Shown here one piece after another: positions 11,901-25,094 of a stretch of 64,000 nucleotides of DNA. This stretch comes from Eledone cirrhosa (taxonomy: Eukaryota): contig OZ024741.1 in assembly GCA_964016885.1 (NCBI GenBank), positions 14,446,001-14,510,000 on the forward strand. Reading direction: 5' to 3'. The notes beneath the pieces are model-generated. The model was not told the origin of the DNA, ran no database searches, and saw only the letters and a program-made list of their open reading frames with translations. The translations under genes were made by a program, and so were the position numbers. Position 1 is the first letter of the stretch; each line of letters begins with the position of its first letter.

Positions 11901-12373
11901 CTATCCGCTAATCCCACACAGTCCCAGCGTGCATCTAAGATCCCGTTCCAGTCGCCCACTAACACTAAAGAGCGGGACGTTCCAAGAAAGGTCTCCAGAC
12001 GCCGGAAGAAATCAGGCCGCCCTGCTCCTGTCGGGGCATAGACGGCCACTAGCCTGAAAGCTTGCCCGTCTCCGCTGGTCACGTCCAGCACCACCAGCTT
12101 ACCCTCTGGGTCCAGGAAGATGGCCCGTATGGCGAGATCCAAACCTCTCCGAAAAAGCACAGCAACTCCTCCACCGGATCCAGGACGGCTGGGAGATGCG
12201 TACACATCGAAGCCGCCGAAGATCGGTGCGAAGGCCCGTGCTTCGGAGATTCTGGTCTCGCTGATGGCCACTACATCTATGTTTAGTGACCTGAGGTCGT
12301 TGAGCAGGTGACCCTGCTTCCATGACGACCCCAAGCCACGCGCATTTATGCTGCCTATTCTGAGTGAGGTCAT
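8954..12373 (-). CDS. Tx1 ORF2: APE endonuclease, reverse transcriptase, C-terminal zinc finger (1139 aa, intact)
   Basis: EN motifs SINARGL, ISETR, GDWN, YLDRVF, TDH. RT motifs KSPGLDG, RPITLLN, LDQSKAFDRV, QGCPLS, YADD. C-terminal CPRC..ETVLHALVQC. Confidence 0.97.
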   Translation of the reverse strand: MTSLRIGSINARGLGSSWKQGHLLNDLRSLNIDVVAISETRISEARAFAPIFGGFDVYASPSRPGSGGGVAVLFRRGLDLAIRAIFLDPEGKLVVLDVTSGDGQAFRLVAVYAPTGAGRPDFFRRLETFLGTSRSLVLVGDWNGILDARWDCVGLADRGGGCKSLTNLLRRFELSDRYRLDFPNVPMWTWTNRIGSSRSYLDRVFCREIDRSSIGCPQFKIVSYTDHKFVICVLDLDRLHRRGPGYWKLNASLPARKAYRDRISELVKRALTGAIVNNKWWFALKRAIRIESIRFSKALAIEKNRAEGELVRKLDEALSKGIATDVLAAKLALDQFFNAKHEGCVVRARVRALRHEGTKAVQWARVAEARRGNKATIRSLVDHDGRMLLDPGQMCEAFQRHFAQLFGGSGGPGRGMDFSVYLDGLPRLSATEAKCCEKPITAAEVREAMTGCTRGKSPGLDGLPYELYVQMPDLFGGLLADVYCNWQQNGRIPSSVSRGAVALLRKDPNKGDNIDNFRPITLLNTEFKILAKVLAKRLALVVGGLVGEAQTCAIPDRSIHDNLHLMRYIVERVAREPGTGGSLINLDQSKAFDRVDHRYLAAVLRAAGFGPVFRGWIAAMHSDICSVVRVNGHLSEPFNIMRSVRQGCPLSSLLYVLTLEPLLHKLETLRGVPRELGCGRSVSAYADDVTVVVSNAKHIEAIGTTLREYEAVTGAMINQEKSVGLQLGTWRGRSMPSNSVVGRWTDGPVKLLGVWFGPDLQTDKNWDEVTSRVASLTQKWAERKLSLKGRAEVANAYIASVICYRLTVVPCPKPRLTALERLLFRFLWKGRAPMVRRSICCQHPLRGGLGMPWLMMRRHALRLRHLHLFLDGDQVWSPFARRVFPQLVSLTELQSWVKRRPRGSAWRLECLQALTALDQSGNVIGGNSTSAFYRGLVEGKSDDVLGETLGVDENQLANLFGRTFGPGPMDNFQKSLAWQCYRGALPVRDKLYRHGGAVSRACPRCAQGDETVLHALVQCPKIADLWVYVEHLLSRLGRIQLSSESIVRIAPPSSFSREGQAVFICLVAMAKEIVWWTRLKGLKTSTYLFGDALIDFFKFHLKRKIRVEKEVLSSQHFVERWVREARMARVNGPTLSIYL

Positions 12374-12408
12374 GTTTAAAATAGAGTGGAAAAGATGGGA
12401 AAGACCAC

Positions 12409-14505
12409 TTACCGTACTTTTGGTAGAGGAGGGATGGTTTTTACATCCCTTTTCACTTGATCGTCTGGTGAAGGGACCGTTGAATCGTCCCTTCGGCTGG
12501 TCGTCGGCTCTTCTAAGAGAATGTCTGAGTATACTCTTCGATTGATGGTTCCTCCTAGGTCCCTGAAATCACCAACTGCGTTGGGGAATTTCGTTTTAAT
12601 ATTTGTGTATTGTTTCTGTGCTATTTTTAGCAGTCTTATGTTAGTTGGCGTTTTGATTGGTGCTGGTATTATGTAGTCCTGTTGTGAAATGTCTGTGTGT
12701 TCAATTATGTAAGTCATTAGTTTCTTGTTGTGTGTATTTATTGCCGTGCATTTGTTTTTCTGGGGGTGGGGTGTGGTTCTGCTATTTTCTTGTCGTTGTT
12801 GCTGGGTGTGTGTGTTTTGTTGTTGTGTTTGCGATGTTGGTGCTTGTGGTGGTGGTGTTGAAGGTGTTGTTGGCGGTGGGGTTGTCGCCGGTGGTGATGG
12901 TGGCGCTAGTGTGGGTGGTGATGGTGTTGGTGTTGTTGCTGCTGTGGGTCTCTTTGCAGTAGACTTTACCCTTTTCTCATTTCTTTCCTCACTTTTCAAA
13001 GGCGACGATGCGCTGCTTCTGCGTTTGTGCCTTCTTACGACCTTTTGCCATCTCTCTCCCACCTCACACTCCATGTCTGATTCTGTGAGGTCGGGGAGGG
13101 GTACCAACTCCACTCTTTCACTTGTTGTTGTTGGTGATGTTTGCACTGGAGTCTCTGTTGCAGCTGCATTTGGTATTGCTGTTGTTGTTGTTAGTATTTC
13201 CACTGCTGCTGCTGTTTTTGATTTCCGTGGAGTGGGTATGGGTGCCACGGGCCTATCGTTCCTGGTTGCCGCTTGTCCTGTTGCTGGTAGCCGTGGAGCC
13301 GGATTCGGAAGGAGGGGGGTTTTCTCCTTTCTCAGGGTCTTCTCGTTGCAGAAGGCCCTGAGGTGAGTCTTCGATCCACAGCGAAAGCATTTCGGGCGTT
13401 TGCCCTCAACACTTATGGGCAGTTGAGTGCCGTTATCGAAGTCTATCACATCCGGGATAGCTTCGATGCACTCCTGGTTGGTTTGGATTAGCATCTCAAT
13501 GGAGGAGCCGACCCAATCTTCTCTTACTTTTTTCTGTACTTGCAGTACAGTTGTTTTGTCCTCGATTCCGACGAGGACAGACGCGGCCAGCCAAGAAGGG
13601 GTCATTCCGGGGGGGACGTGGGTCAGTTTGACCCTCACAATTTTTTGCCCACAGTAGGAGGGCACCAACACCATTTCCTCGCTCCTTAGGGTCACTACTG
13701 ATTGGGCCTTTGCCTCCTGGGGTGTGGCAAAAAGTACGTCTACGGTGGCATATTTTTTGCCTCGGGTGATGTGCGTTTTCCGCTGCCACACAGACCCCAA
13801 GGCTTTTTGTATTTGGGCCTCTGTGGCTCTTTCCACCCTACGGGATTTTGTACTTACTGTACGGTACGTGACCGTACAGTGCTCTTGGGTTTCGAAAAAA
13901 TTTTTCGCTGCCTTGCAGATTGCTCGGTGTCGGTTCTTTGTCACCATCTTCTTCGCTTCCTCTAATTCCTCATTTGTTATGAGGATTGTTTCCAAATTTT
14001 TCGCAATACCTGCAAATGAGATTGGTTTTTCTCTGCTGTTGTTGTTGTCGTCAGAGCTGCTGGTACTTTTGTTGTTGCTGCAGGTACTACGACTACTGCC
14101 TCCGCCGCTGTTGCTGTGGTTGTTGTTGGTGTTGCTGCTGCTAATGCTGTTGTTGTTTATGCTACTGGTGATGCTGTTGCGGCTGCTACTGTTGTTTTCA
14201 TTGTCACTGTTGCTGTTGTTATTACGGCTGCTACTGCTATTATTCCTGACGTCAGACGAATGAACTGGGTTTTCGTATTTCCCGCACACCTGTTTCGTCG
14301 CTGTCGTCGTCGTCGTGGAGAAACCTTGCACGCTTTGCACGAGACTTTTCTTTTCTTTCGTCACTTGCGAAAGAGAAGGGAGGGAGAGAGACACATTTAA
14401 AGAAGGGAGGGAGAGAGACAATCTTCTCTCTGCTGTAGTGATGATTGAGGAAGAAGAAGACGGAATGAGTGGGAGTGACGTATGAAATTTCTTTTTGGTA
14501 GCCAT
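12409..14505 (-). CDS. Tx1 ORF1 type A (gag-like nucleic-acid-binding protein with zinc knuckle), ~698 aa from the first ATG
   Basis: Open frame with CX2CX4HX4C (CFRCGSKTHLRAFC) and low-complexity S/N and P/T tracts. It ends 35 nt before the ORF2 ATG. Confidence 0.9.
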   Translation of the reverse strand: MATKKKFHTSLPLIPSSSSSIITTAERRLSLSLPSLNVSLSLPSLSQVTKEKKSLVQSVQGFSTTTTTATKQVCGKYENPVHSSDVRNNSSSSRNNNSNSDNENNSSSRNSITSSINNNSISSSNTNNNHSNSGGGSSRSTCSNNKSTSSSDDNNNSREKPISFAGIAKNLETILITNEELEEAKKMVTKNRHRAICKAAKNFFETQEHCTVTYRTVSTKSRRVERATEAQIQKALGSVWQRKTHITRGKKYATVDVLFATPQEAKAQSVVTLRSEEMVLVPSYCGQKIVRVKLTHVPPGMTPSWLAASVLVGIEDKTTVLQVQKKVREDWVGSSIEMLIQTNQECIEAIPDVIDFDNGTQLPISVEGKRPKCFRCGSKTHLRAFCNEKTLRKEKTPLLPNPAPRLPATGQAATRNDRPVAPIPTPRKSKTAAAVEILTTTTAIPNAAATETPVQTSPTTTSERVELVPLPDLTESDMECEVGERWQKVVRRHKRRSSASSPLKSEERNEKRVKSTAKRPTAATTPTPSPPTLAPPSPPATTPPPTTPSTPPPQAPTSQTQQQNTHTQQQRQENSRTTPHPQKNKCTAINTHNKKLMTYIIEHTDISQQDYIIPAPIKTPTNIRLLKIAQKQYTNIKTKFPNAVGDFRDLGGTINRRVYSDILLEEPTTSRRDDSTVPSPDDQVKRDVKTIPPLPKVR

Positions 14506-14718
14506 GTTTTTTTTTTTAAAATGAAATTTTGGGTACAAAACCCCAATAACTGGTTATTTAACCCCGAAGGGCCAAATAACGGACAGAAAGACCCCTCTCA
14601 CGAGGAGGAGGGTGTCTTTATCAACAATTTGGTTCAAGTTTTAAACAATTTACAATTGTTTTAACGGTTAAAAATTACTATACCTTACAGAGCCGAGCCT
14701 CCGTCAACCATGGCATTC

Positions 14719-14760
<42 letters not shown>

Positions 14761-14762
<2 letters not shown>

Positions 14763-17700
14763 TTTCTTTATTAACCACAAGGGTTTACATAAAGTAGACA
14801 TTAAGGACAGTGCAGGACGGTACAAATGGGCATTTCTGCGTGTAAAAAACAAAAACAGAGGATGTAACAAAAAAATAACAATGAAAAATTCCCCAATAGG
14901 GGGGAGACTTCGGAGGGACATTTGTGGAGAAAGCCCAGTAAAAAGCCACAATGACCCTGACCACCAAGGCAAGTGCCCTCTCCCAGTTTTCCACCTTTAA
15001 TTTACAGATATATGCTCAGAGTAGGCCCATTCACTCGGTCCATTCTTGCTTCTCACACCCATCTTTCAACAAAATGCTGGGAAGAGAGCACTTCCCTCTC
15101 TACTCTGATTTTCCTTTTCAAATGAAATTTGAAAAAGTCAATCAGAGCATCACCGAAGAGGTAAGTGCTCGTCTTCAGCCCTTTCAAACGTGTCCACCAT
15201 ACTATCTCTTTCGCCATGGCCACCAGACAGATAAAAACTGCCTGCCCTTCCCGGCTAAAGGAGGAGGGCGGGGAAATCCTCACGATGGACTCAGATGATA
15301 GCCGGATCCGTCCTAAACGCGACAGCAGGTGTTCGACATAAACCCACAAGTCAGCAATTTTCGGACACTGGACGAGTGCGTGCAGGACGGTTTCGTCGCC
15401 CTGTGCGCATCTCGGACATGCCCGGCTGACGGCACCTCCATGCCTGTAGGGTTTATCCCGAACTGGCAAGGCTCCTCGGTAGCACTGCCAGGCCAGAGAT
15501 TTCTGGAAGTTGTCCATAGGCCCTGGCCCGAAAGTTCTTCCGAAGAGATTGGCTAGTTGATTTTCGTCGACGCCTAGAGTTTCCCCAAGTAGGTCGTCGC
15601 TCTTCCCCTTCACTAATCCTCTATAGAACGCCGAGGTGGAGTTTCCACCGATCACATTGCCCGATTGGTCGAGGGCTGTGAGCGTCTGAAGACATTCCAG
15701 TCTCCAGCCGCTCCCTCTCGGTCTTCGCTTGACCCAGGACTGCAGCTCCGTCAAAGAAACGAGCTGGGGAAATACGTGTCTAGCAAACGGCGACCACACC
15801 TGATCACCGTCGAGGAAGAGGTGGAGATATCGTAGCCTGAGCGCGTGCCTGCGCATCATCAGCCACGGCATGCCCAGCCCTCCACGTAGCGGGTGTTGAC
15901 AACAGATGGACCGCCTGACCATCGGAGCACGTCCCTTCCACAAAAAGCGAAAGAGCAAACGCTCCAGCGCAGTCAGGCGAGGCTTAAGACAAGGTACGAC
16001 GGTCAGGCGGTAGCAGATGACAGACGCGATCTACGCGTTAGCCACCTCCGCTCGATCTTTCAGGGATAGCTTCCTCTCCGCCTATTTCTGGGTGAGAGAA
16101 GCCACCCTGCTCGTCACCTCGTCCCAGTTTTTGTCCGTCTGGAGGTCCGGACCGAACCAGACCCCTAGCAATTTAACCGGTCCGTCCGTCCAGCGTCCGA
16201 CGACGCTGTTGGACGGCATGGACCTGCCTCTCCAGGTGCCGAGCTGCAGGCCCACTGACTTTTCCTGGTTGATCATTGCTCCTGTCACCGCTTCGTATTC
16301 TCTTAGTGTAGTGCCGATCGCCTCGATGTGTTTGGCGTTCGACACCACTACGGTGACATCGTCCGCATATGCTGACACGGATCTTCCGCATCCTAGTTCG
16401 CGCGGGACTCCCCTCAACGTCTCCAGTTTGTGCAGTAATGGCTCGAGAGTCAATACGTACAAGAGGGACGAGAGGGGACATCCTTGGCGGACCGAACGCA
16501 TGATGTTGAACGGTTCCGACAGGTGACCGTTCACTCTCACCACAGAGCAGATGTCGCTGTGCATGGCAGCGATCCAGCCTCTGAAGACGGGCCCAAAGCC
16601 AGCCGCCCTCAGGACTGCCGCTAGGTAACGATGGTCGACCCTATCGAAAGCTTTCGACTGATCTAAATTGATCAAGGACCCACCCGTGCCAGGTTCCTTA
16701 GCTACCCTCTCTATGATGTATCGCATGAGGTGGAGGTTGTCGTGGATGGATCTGTCGGTAATGGCGCATGTCTGCGCCTCTCCCACCAGACCACCAACGA
16801 CAAGCGCCAACCTCTTTGCTAGCACCTTGGCCAAAATCTTGAACTCTGTGTTTAGCAGAGTTATGGGCCTAAAATTATCTATGTTATCCGCCTTGTTCGG
16901 ATCCTTTCTCAGCAGCGCCACCGCTCCTCGGCTCACAGAGCTGGGAATTCTCCCGTTCTGTTGCCAGTTGCAGTAGACGTCCGCCAAGAGGCCTCCGAAC
17001 AAGTTTGGCCTTTGTACGTAAAGTTCATAGGGCAGACCATCCAAACCAGGCGATTTACCCCTTGTACATCTAGTCATTGCATCCCGTACTTCAGCGGTTG
17101 TTATTAGCTTTTCGCAACACTCCGCCTCAGTGGGCGAAAGCCGCGGCAGTCCGTCGAGGTAGACACTAAAGTCCATCCCTCGATCCGGCCCGCCAATGCC
17201 CCCGAACAGTTGAGCGAAGTGTCACTGAAAAGCTTCACACATTTGCCCGGGATCGAGTAGCATGCGCCCGTCGTGGTCCACCAAAGACCGGATCGTGGCT
17301 TTGTTGCCACGACGCGCCTCCGCCACTTCGGCCCATTGAATGGCTTTCGTCCCCTCGTGTCTGAGAGCACGCACCCTAGCTCTGACAACGCAGCCTTCGT
17401 GCTTTGCATTGAAGAATTGGTCAAGGGCCAATTTCGCCGCAAGCACGTCGGTCGCGATGCCTTTGCTAAGCGCCTCATCTAATTTTCTAACTAATTCTCC
17501 CTCTGCTCTATTTTTCTCTATTGCTAAAGTCTTACTAAACCTAATGGACTCTATTCTAATTGCTCTTTTCAGAGCAAACCACCACTTGTTGTTGACGATG
17601 GCCCCCGTCAACGCCCGCTTAACTAGTTCGCTAATCCGGTCTCTGTAGGCCTTACGCGCTGGTAAGGACTCGTTTAGCTTCCAGTAACCGGGTCCTCGTC

Positions 17701-20700
17701 TATGAAGCCTATCTAAGTCAAGCACACAGATCACGAATTTGTGGTCCGTGTAGCTGACTATCTTGAATTGTGGACAGCCTATGCTAGACCTATCTATTTC
17801 CCTACAAAATACTCTATCTAGATATGATCTGGATGACCCTATGCGATTTGTCCAAGTCCACATTGGTACATTCGGGAAATCCATTCGGTACTTGTCAGAC
17901 AGTTCAAAACGTCTGAGCAGGTTGGTGAGACTCTTGCACCCTCCTTCCCTATCCACTAATCCCACACAATCCCAGCGTGCATCTAAGATCCTGTTCCAGT
18001 CGCCCACTAACACTAAAGAGCGGGACGTTCCAAGAAAGGTCTCCAGACGCCGGAAGAAATCAGGCCGCCCTGCTCCTGTCGGGGCATAGACGGCCACTAA
18101 CCTGAAAGCTTGGCCGTCTCCGCTGGTCACGTCCAACACCACCAACTTACCTTCTGGGTCCAGGAAGATGGCCCGTATGGCAAGATCCAAACCTCTCCGA
18201 AAAAGCACAGCAACTCCACCCCCCCCGATCCCGGACGGCTGGGAGATGCGTACACATCGTAGCCGCCGAAGATCGGTGAGAAAACCTGTGCTTCGGAGAT
18301 TCTGGTCTCGCTGATGGCCACTACATCTATGTTTAGTGACCTGAGGTCGTTGAGCAGGTGGCCCTGCTTCCATGACGACCCCAAGCCACGCGCATTTATG
18401 CTGCCTATTCTGAGTGAGGTCATGTTGAAAAGGAGTGGAAAAGATGGGAAAGACCACTTACCTTACTTCTCGTAGGGGAAGGACGGTTTTTCCATCCTTT
18501 TCACTGCTTGTGGCCTCCTCAGGAAGGATGTCCTTATAAATCCTCCTGGAGAGTGCTTGTCGGAAGTCTCCGATGTCTTTGGGGATTTTTGTTTTAGTGT
18601 CATGTACGTTTTCTGTGTGATGCGAGTGATTTGTATGTGTGGAGGTGGTGTGAATTTTGGGGTTGTTGTGTAGTCTTTTTCTGTGATGCTGGTGTTGTGT
18701 TGCATGTAGTGCAATAATTGCTTGTTGTTCAAATTTAATTGTTTCTACTTTAGGCACAAGGCCAGCAATAACCCAGTGCATTACTGGTACTTTATTTTAT
18801 CGACCCCGTAAGGATGAAAGGCAAAGTCAACCTCGGCGGGATTTGAACTCAGATCGTAAAGGGACGTAACTATGCTGGAAAGCATGGCGTCCGACCTTCT
18901 ACCGATACTGCCAATCCACTGCCAATCCACCTGCCAATCCACCGCTTGTTGTTCAAATTTAATGCTGTGTAGTGTGTATCGTTTTGGTTGTTTTGTTTTG
19001 TTTGCGTTTGTTGTGAGTTTGTTTCTGTTTCGCATTTTGGTGACTTTTGTGGTGTAGATGATGGTGGTGCTGGGGTTAATGATGGTGATGGTGTTGGTGT
19101 TTGGGTTGATGGGGTTGGTGATGCTGGTGTGGATGGTGGCATATCTGTCCTAACTTTTTTGTTTCTTAATTTATTTGTTTCCCTCTGTATTTTGTTTTTG
19201 GAGGGGGAAGGAAGAGAATTTTTTCTTTTTTGGTTTCTTTTTTTTTTCCTGATACCGTTTCCCACTCCTCGTCGTCACAATCTGTCTCCAGTTGTGATAG
19301 GCCGGGGAGTGGAAAATCCTCCACAGCCGTTAGTTTTGGTTGTGGCGTGGTGGATGGTGTAGGCGCTGGTGCTAGTTCTGAAGCGTTGGGTGGTGGTGGT
19401 GTTGGTTTTGCTGGTGGTGGTGGTGGCGTTGGTTTTGCTACTGTTGCTGGGGTTGTTGCTGTTATAGCTGCTTCTGTTGTTGCTGCTACAGTTTTGGCTG
19501 CCATCTCTGCTACTGGTGGTGTTGATGGTTGTGTCACTGGGGTGGGTATGAGAGGTGGCCTCAACCTTTTAGCCTGAGGGCAGAAAGCCCTTAGGTGGGT
19601 TCCTTCACCACAAACGACACACCTAGGTCTTCTGCCCTCGACAATTACCGTGAGGTGGCTGCCGTCAGTGAGATCTATTACCTCTGGGATCTCCTCAATG
19701 CTTTTTTGGTCCGCTTGGATCAGGAGCTCCATCCCAGATCCGGACCAGTTTTCCTGCTTTTCTTTTGCTACTGCTATTATTTTCGTGTTGGCTTCGATGC
19801 CGGCGAGGACGGCCGCTATTAGCCAGGGAATTTCGATGGCCGGTGGAACGTGGGTCACCCTGATCTTTACGAGTCTCTGGCCACAATAGCTTGGGACGAG
19901 TGTGAAGTCGTCACTTTTTAATGGGGCCATGGAGTGTTCTCTAGCCTCCTCTGGTGTTTCAAAGAACACGTCCACGGTTCCATACTTTTGCCCACGTCTG
20001 ATGTGGGTTTTTCTTGCCCACACATGTCCCAAAGCTTTTTGGATTTGGGACTCGGATGCCCGTTCCACTCGGCGCGATTTTACATTTATTGTTCTATACG
20101 ACACGGTGCATAGGCGCCGATGCTCCATTTTATTAGGTGGGGGGGGGGTGAGGCTGACCCTGTACCCATCTTTCTTTACCATTTGTTTGGCATTTGCTAA
20201 ATCCTCCTGAGTTACCGTACAAGCTTCGAATTGTTTTGCTACTCTGGCGAAACTGAGGGTCGGTTTTATAATGTCATTGTTGTTGTTGTTGCTATCGTTA
20301 ATATTAATTTTAGTTTCAGTTGTGGTGGTGGTGACGTCAGTCGTCTTTGGTGGGGAAGAGTCCATTTTGCTTGATTTCATTTCGACATCACGAGTTAATT
20401 TATTTTTTTCTTCTTTTGTTTCTGTTGTCGCGGTGGTGGTGGTGGTGGAGGCTTTAACACCTGCAGTCATTGGTAATGGCGGGAAATGAATGTCTGCCTG
20501 AGACAAATTTAAAATATTGCTACTGCTTATATTTTTTTTGTGTTGGCAAACGCAGTAACATTTACAATGGTGGTGTCGGTGTGAGGTGTTAATTTGTGAG
20601 GAAGGCTTTCAGCTGCTTGTTGCAGAGGTGAATTAGCCATTATTTTCAAAGAAATTTTTTGATAATAATAAAAGTTTAAATTTTGGGCACAAGGCCCCAA

Positions 20701-20847
20701 TCTTTTTGGGTGTCCTTTTCGGAAAACAATGTATGTGCGCTTATAAACAGTTAACAATAAAATTTTCCATAAATGACAATTTTTAACAAACGGAAATAAC
20801 AAACCTTTGCGGAGCTCACGATGATACGATTTACTACGTAGGTCGCC
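14761..20847 (-). mobile_element. Full-length Tx1 copy 2 (5' module type B), inactivated; SINE inserted in ORF1
   Basis: ORF2 (~15002-18423) has stops at 15053, 16082 and 17222 plus a G-run frameshift at ~18220. ORF1 (18458-20640) is interrupted by a SINE and A-run frameshifts. Flanked by (AAT)n. Confidence 0.95.
18740..18943 (-). mobile_element. SINE-A inserted in Tx1 ORF1 with a 20-bp target-site duplication
   Basis: TSD gcttgttgttcaaatttaat at 18720-18739 and 18944-18963. A single empty site is present in copy 4 at 46117-46136. Confidence 0.95.
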
Positions 20848-24967
<4,120 letters not shown>

Positions 24968-24992
24968 TATAATAATAATAATAATAATAATA

Positions 24993-25080
24993 ATTGTTTC
25001 TACTTTAGGCACAACGCCAGCAATTACCCAGTGTATTACTGGTACTTTATTTTATCGACCCCGTTAGGATGAAAGGCAAA
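24993..25080 (-). mobile_element. 5'-truncated SINE-A fragment within (AAT)n
   Basis: attgtttctactttaggcacaacgccagcaatta...ggatgaaaggcaaa. Confidence 0.85.
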
Positions 25081-25094
25081 ATAATAATAATAAT

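Larger units (their letters stand above)
8690..14718 (-). mobile_element. Full-length intact Tx1-like (L1 clade) non-LTR retrotransposon, copy 1 (5' module type A), inserted in (AAT)n
   Basis: Two open ORFs. The 3' UTR ends AATAAAGAAATC(ATT)n and both ends abut (AAT)n tracts (8634-8689, 14719-14760). Confidence 0.95.

Noticed and set aside
8903-14400. Recurrent antisense and alternate-frame ORFs within Tx1 copies
   Set aside because: Shadows of GC-rich ORF1/ORF2; they recur only because the copies are near-identical.
14761-20847. Tandem Tx1 copies as an assembly duplication
   Set aside because: Copies differ in the 5' module, private stops and a SINE insertion.
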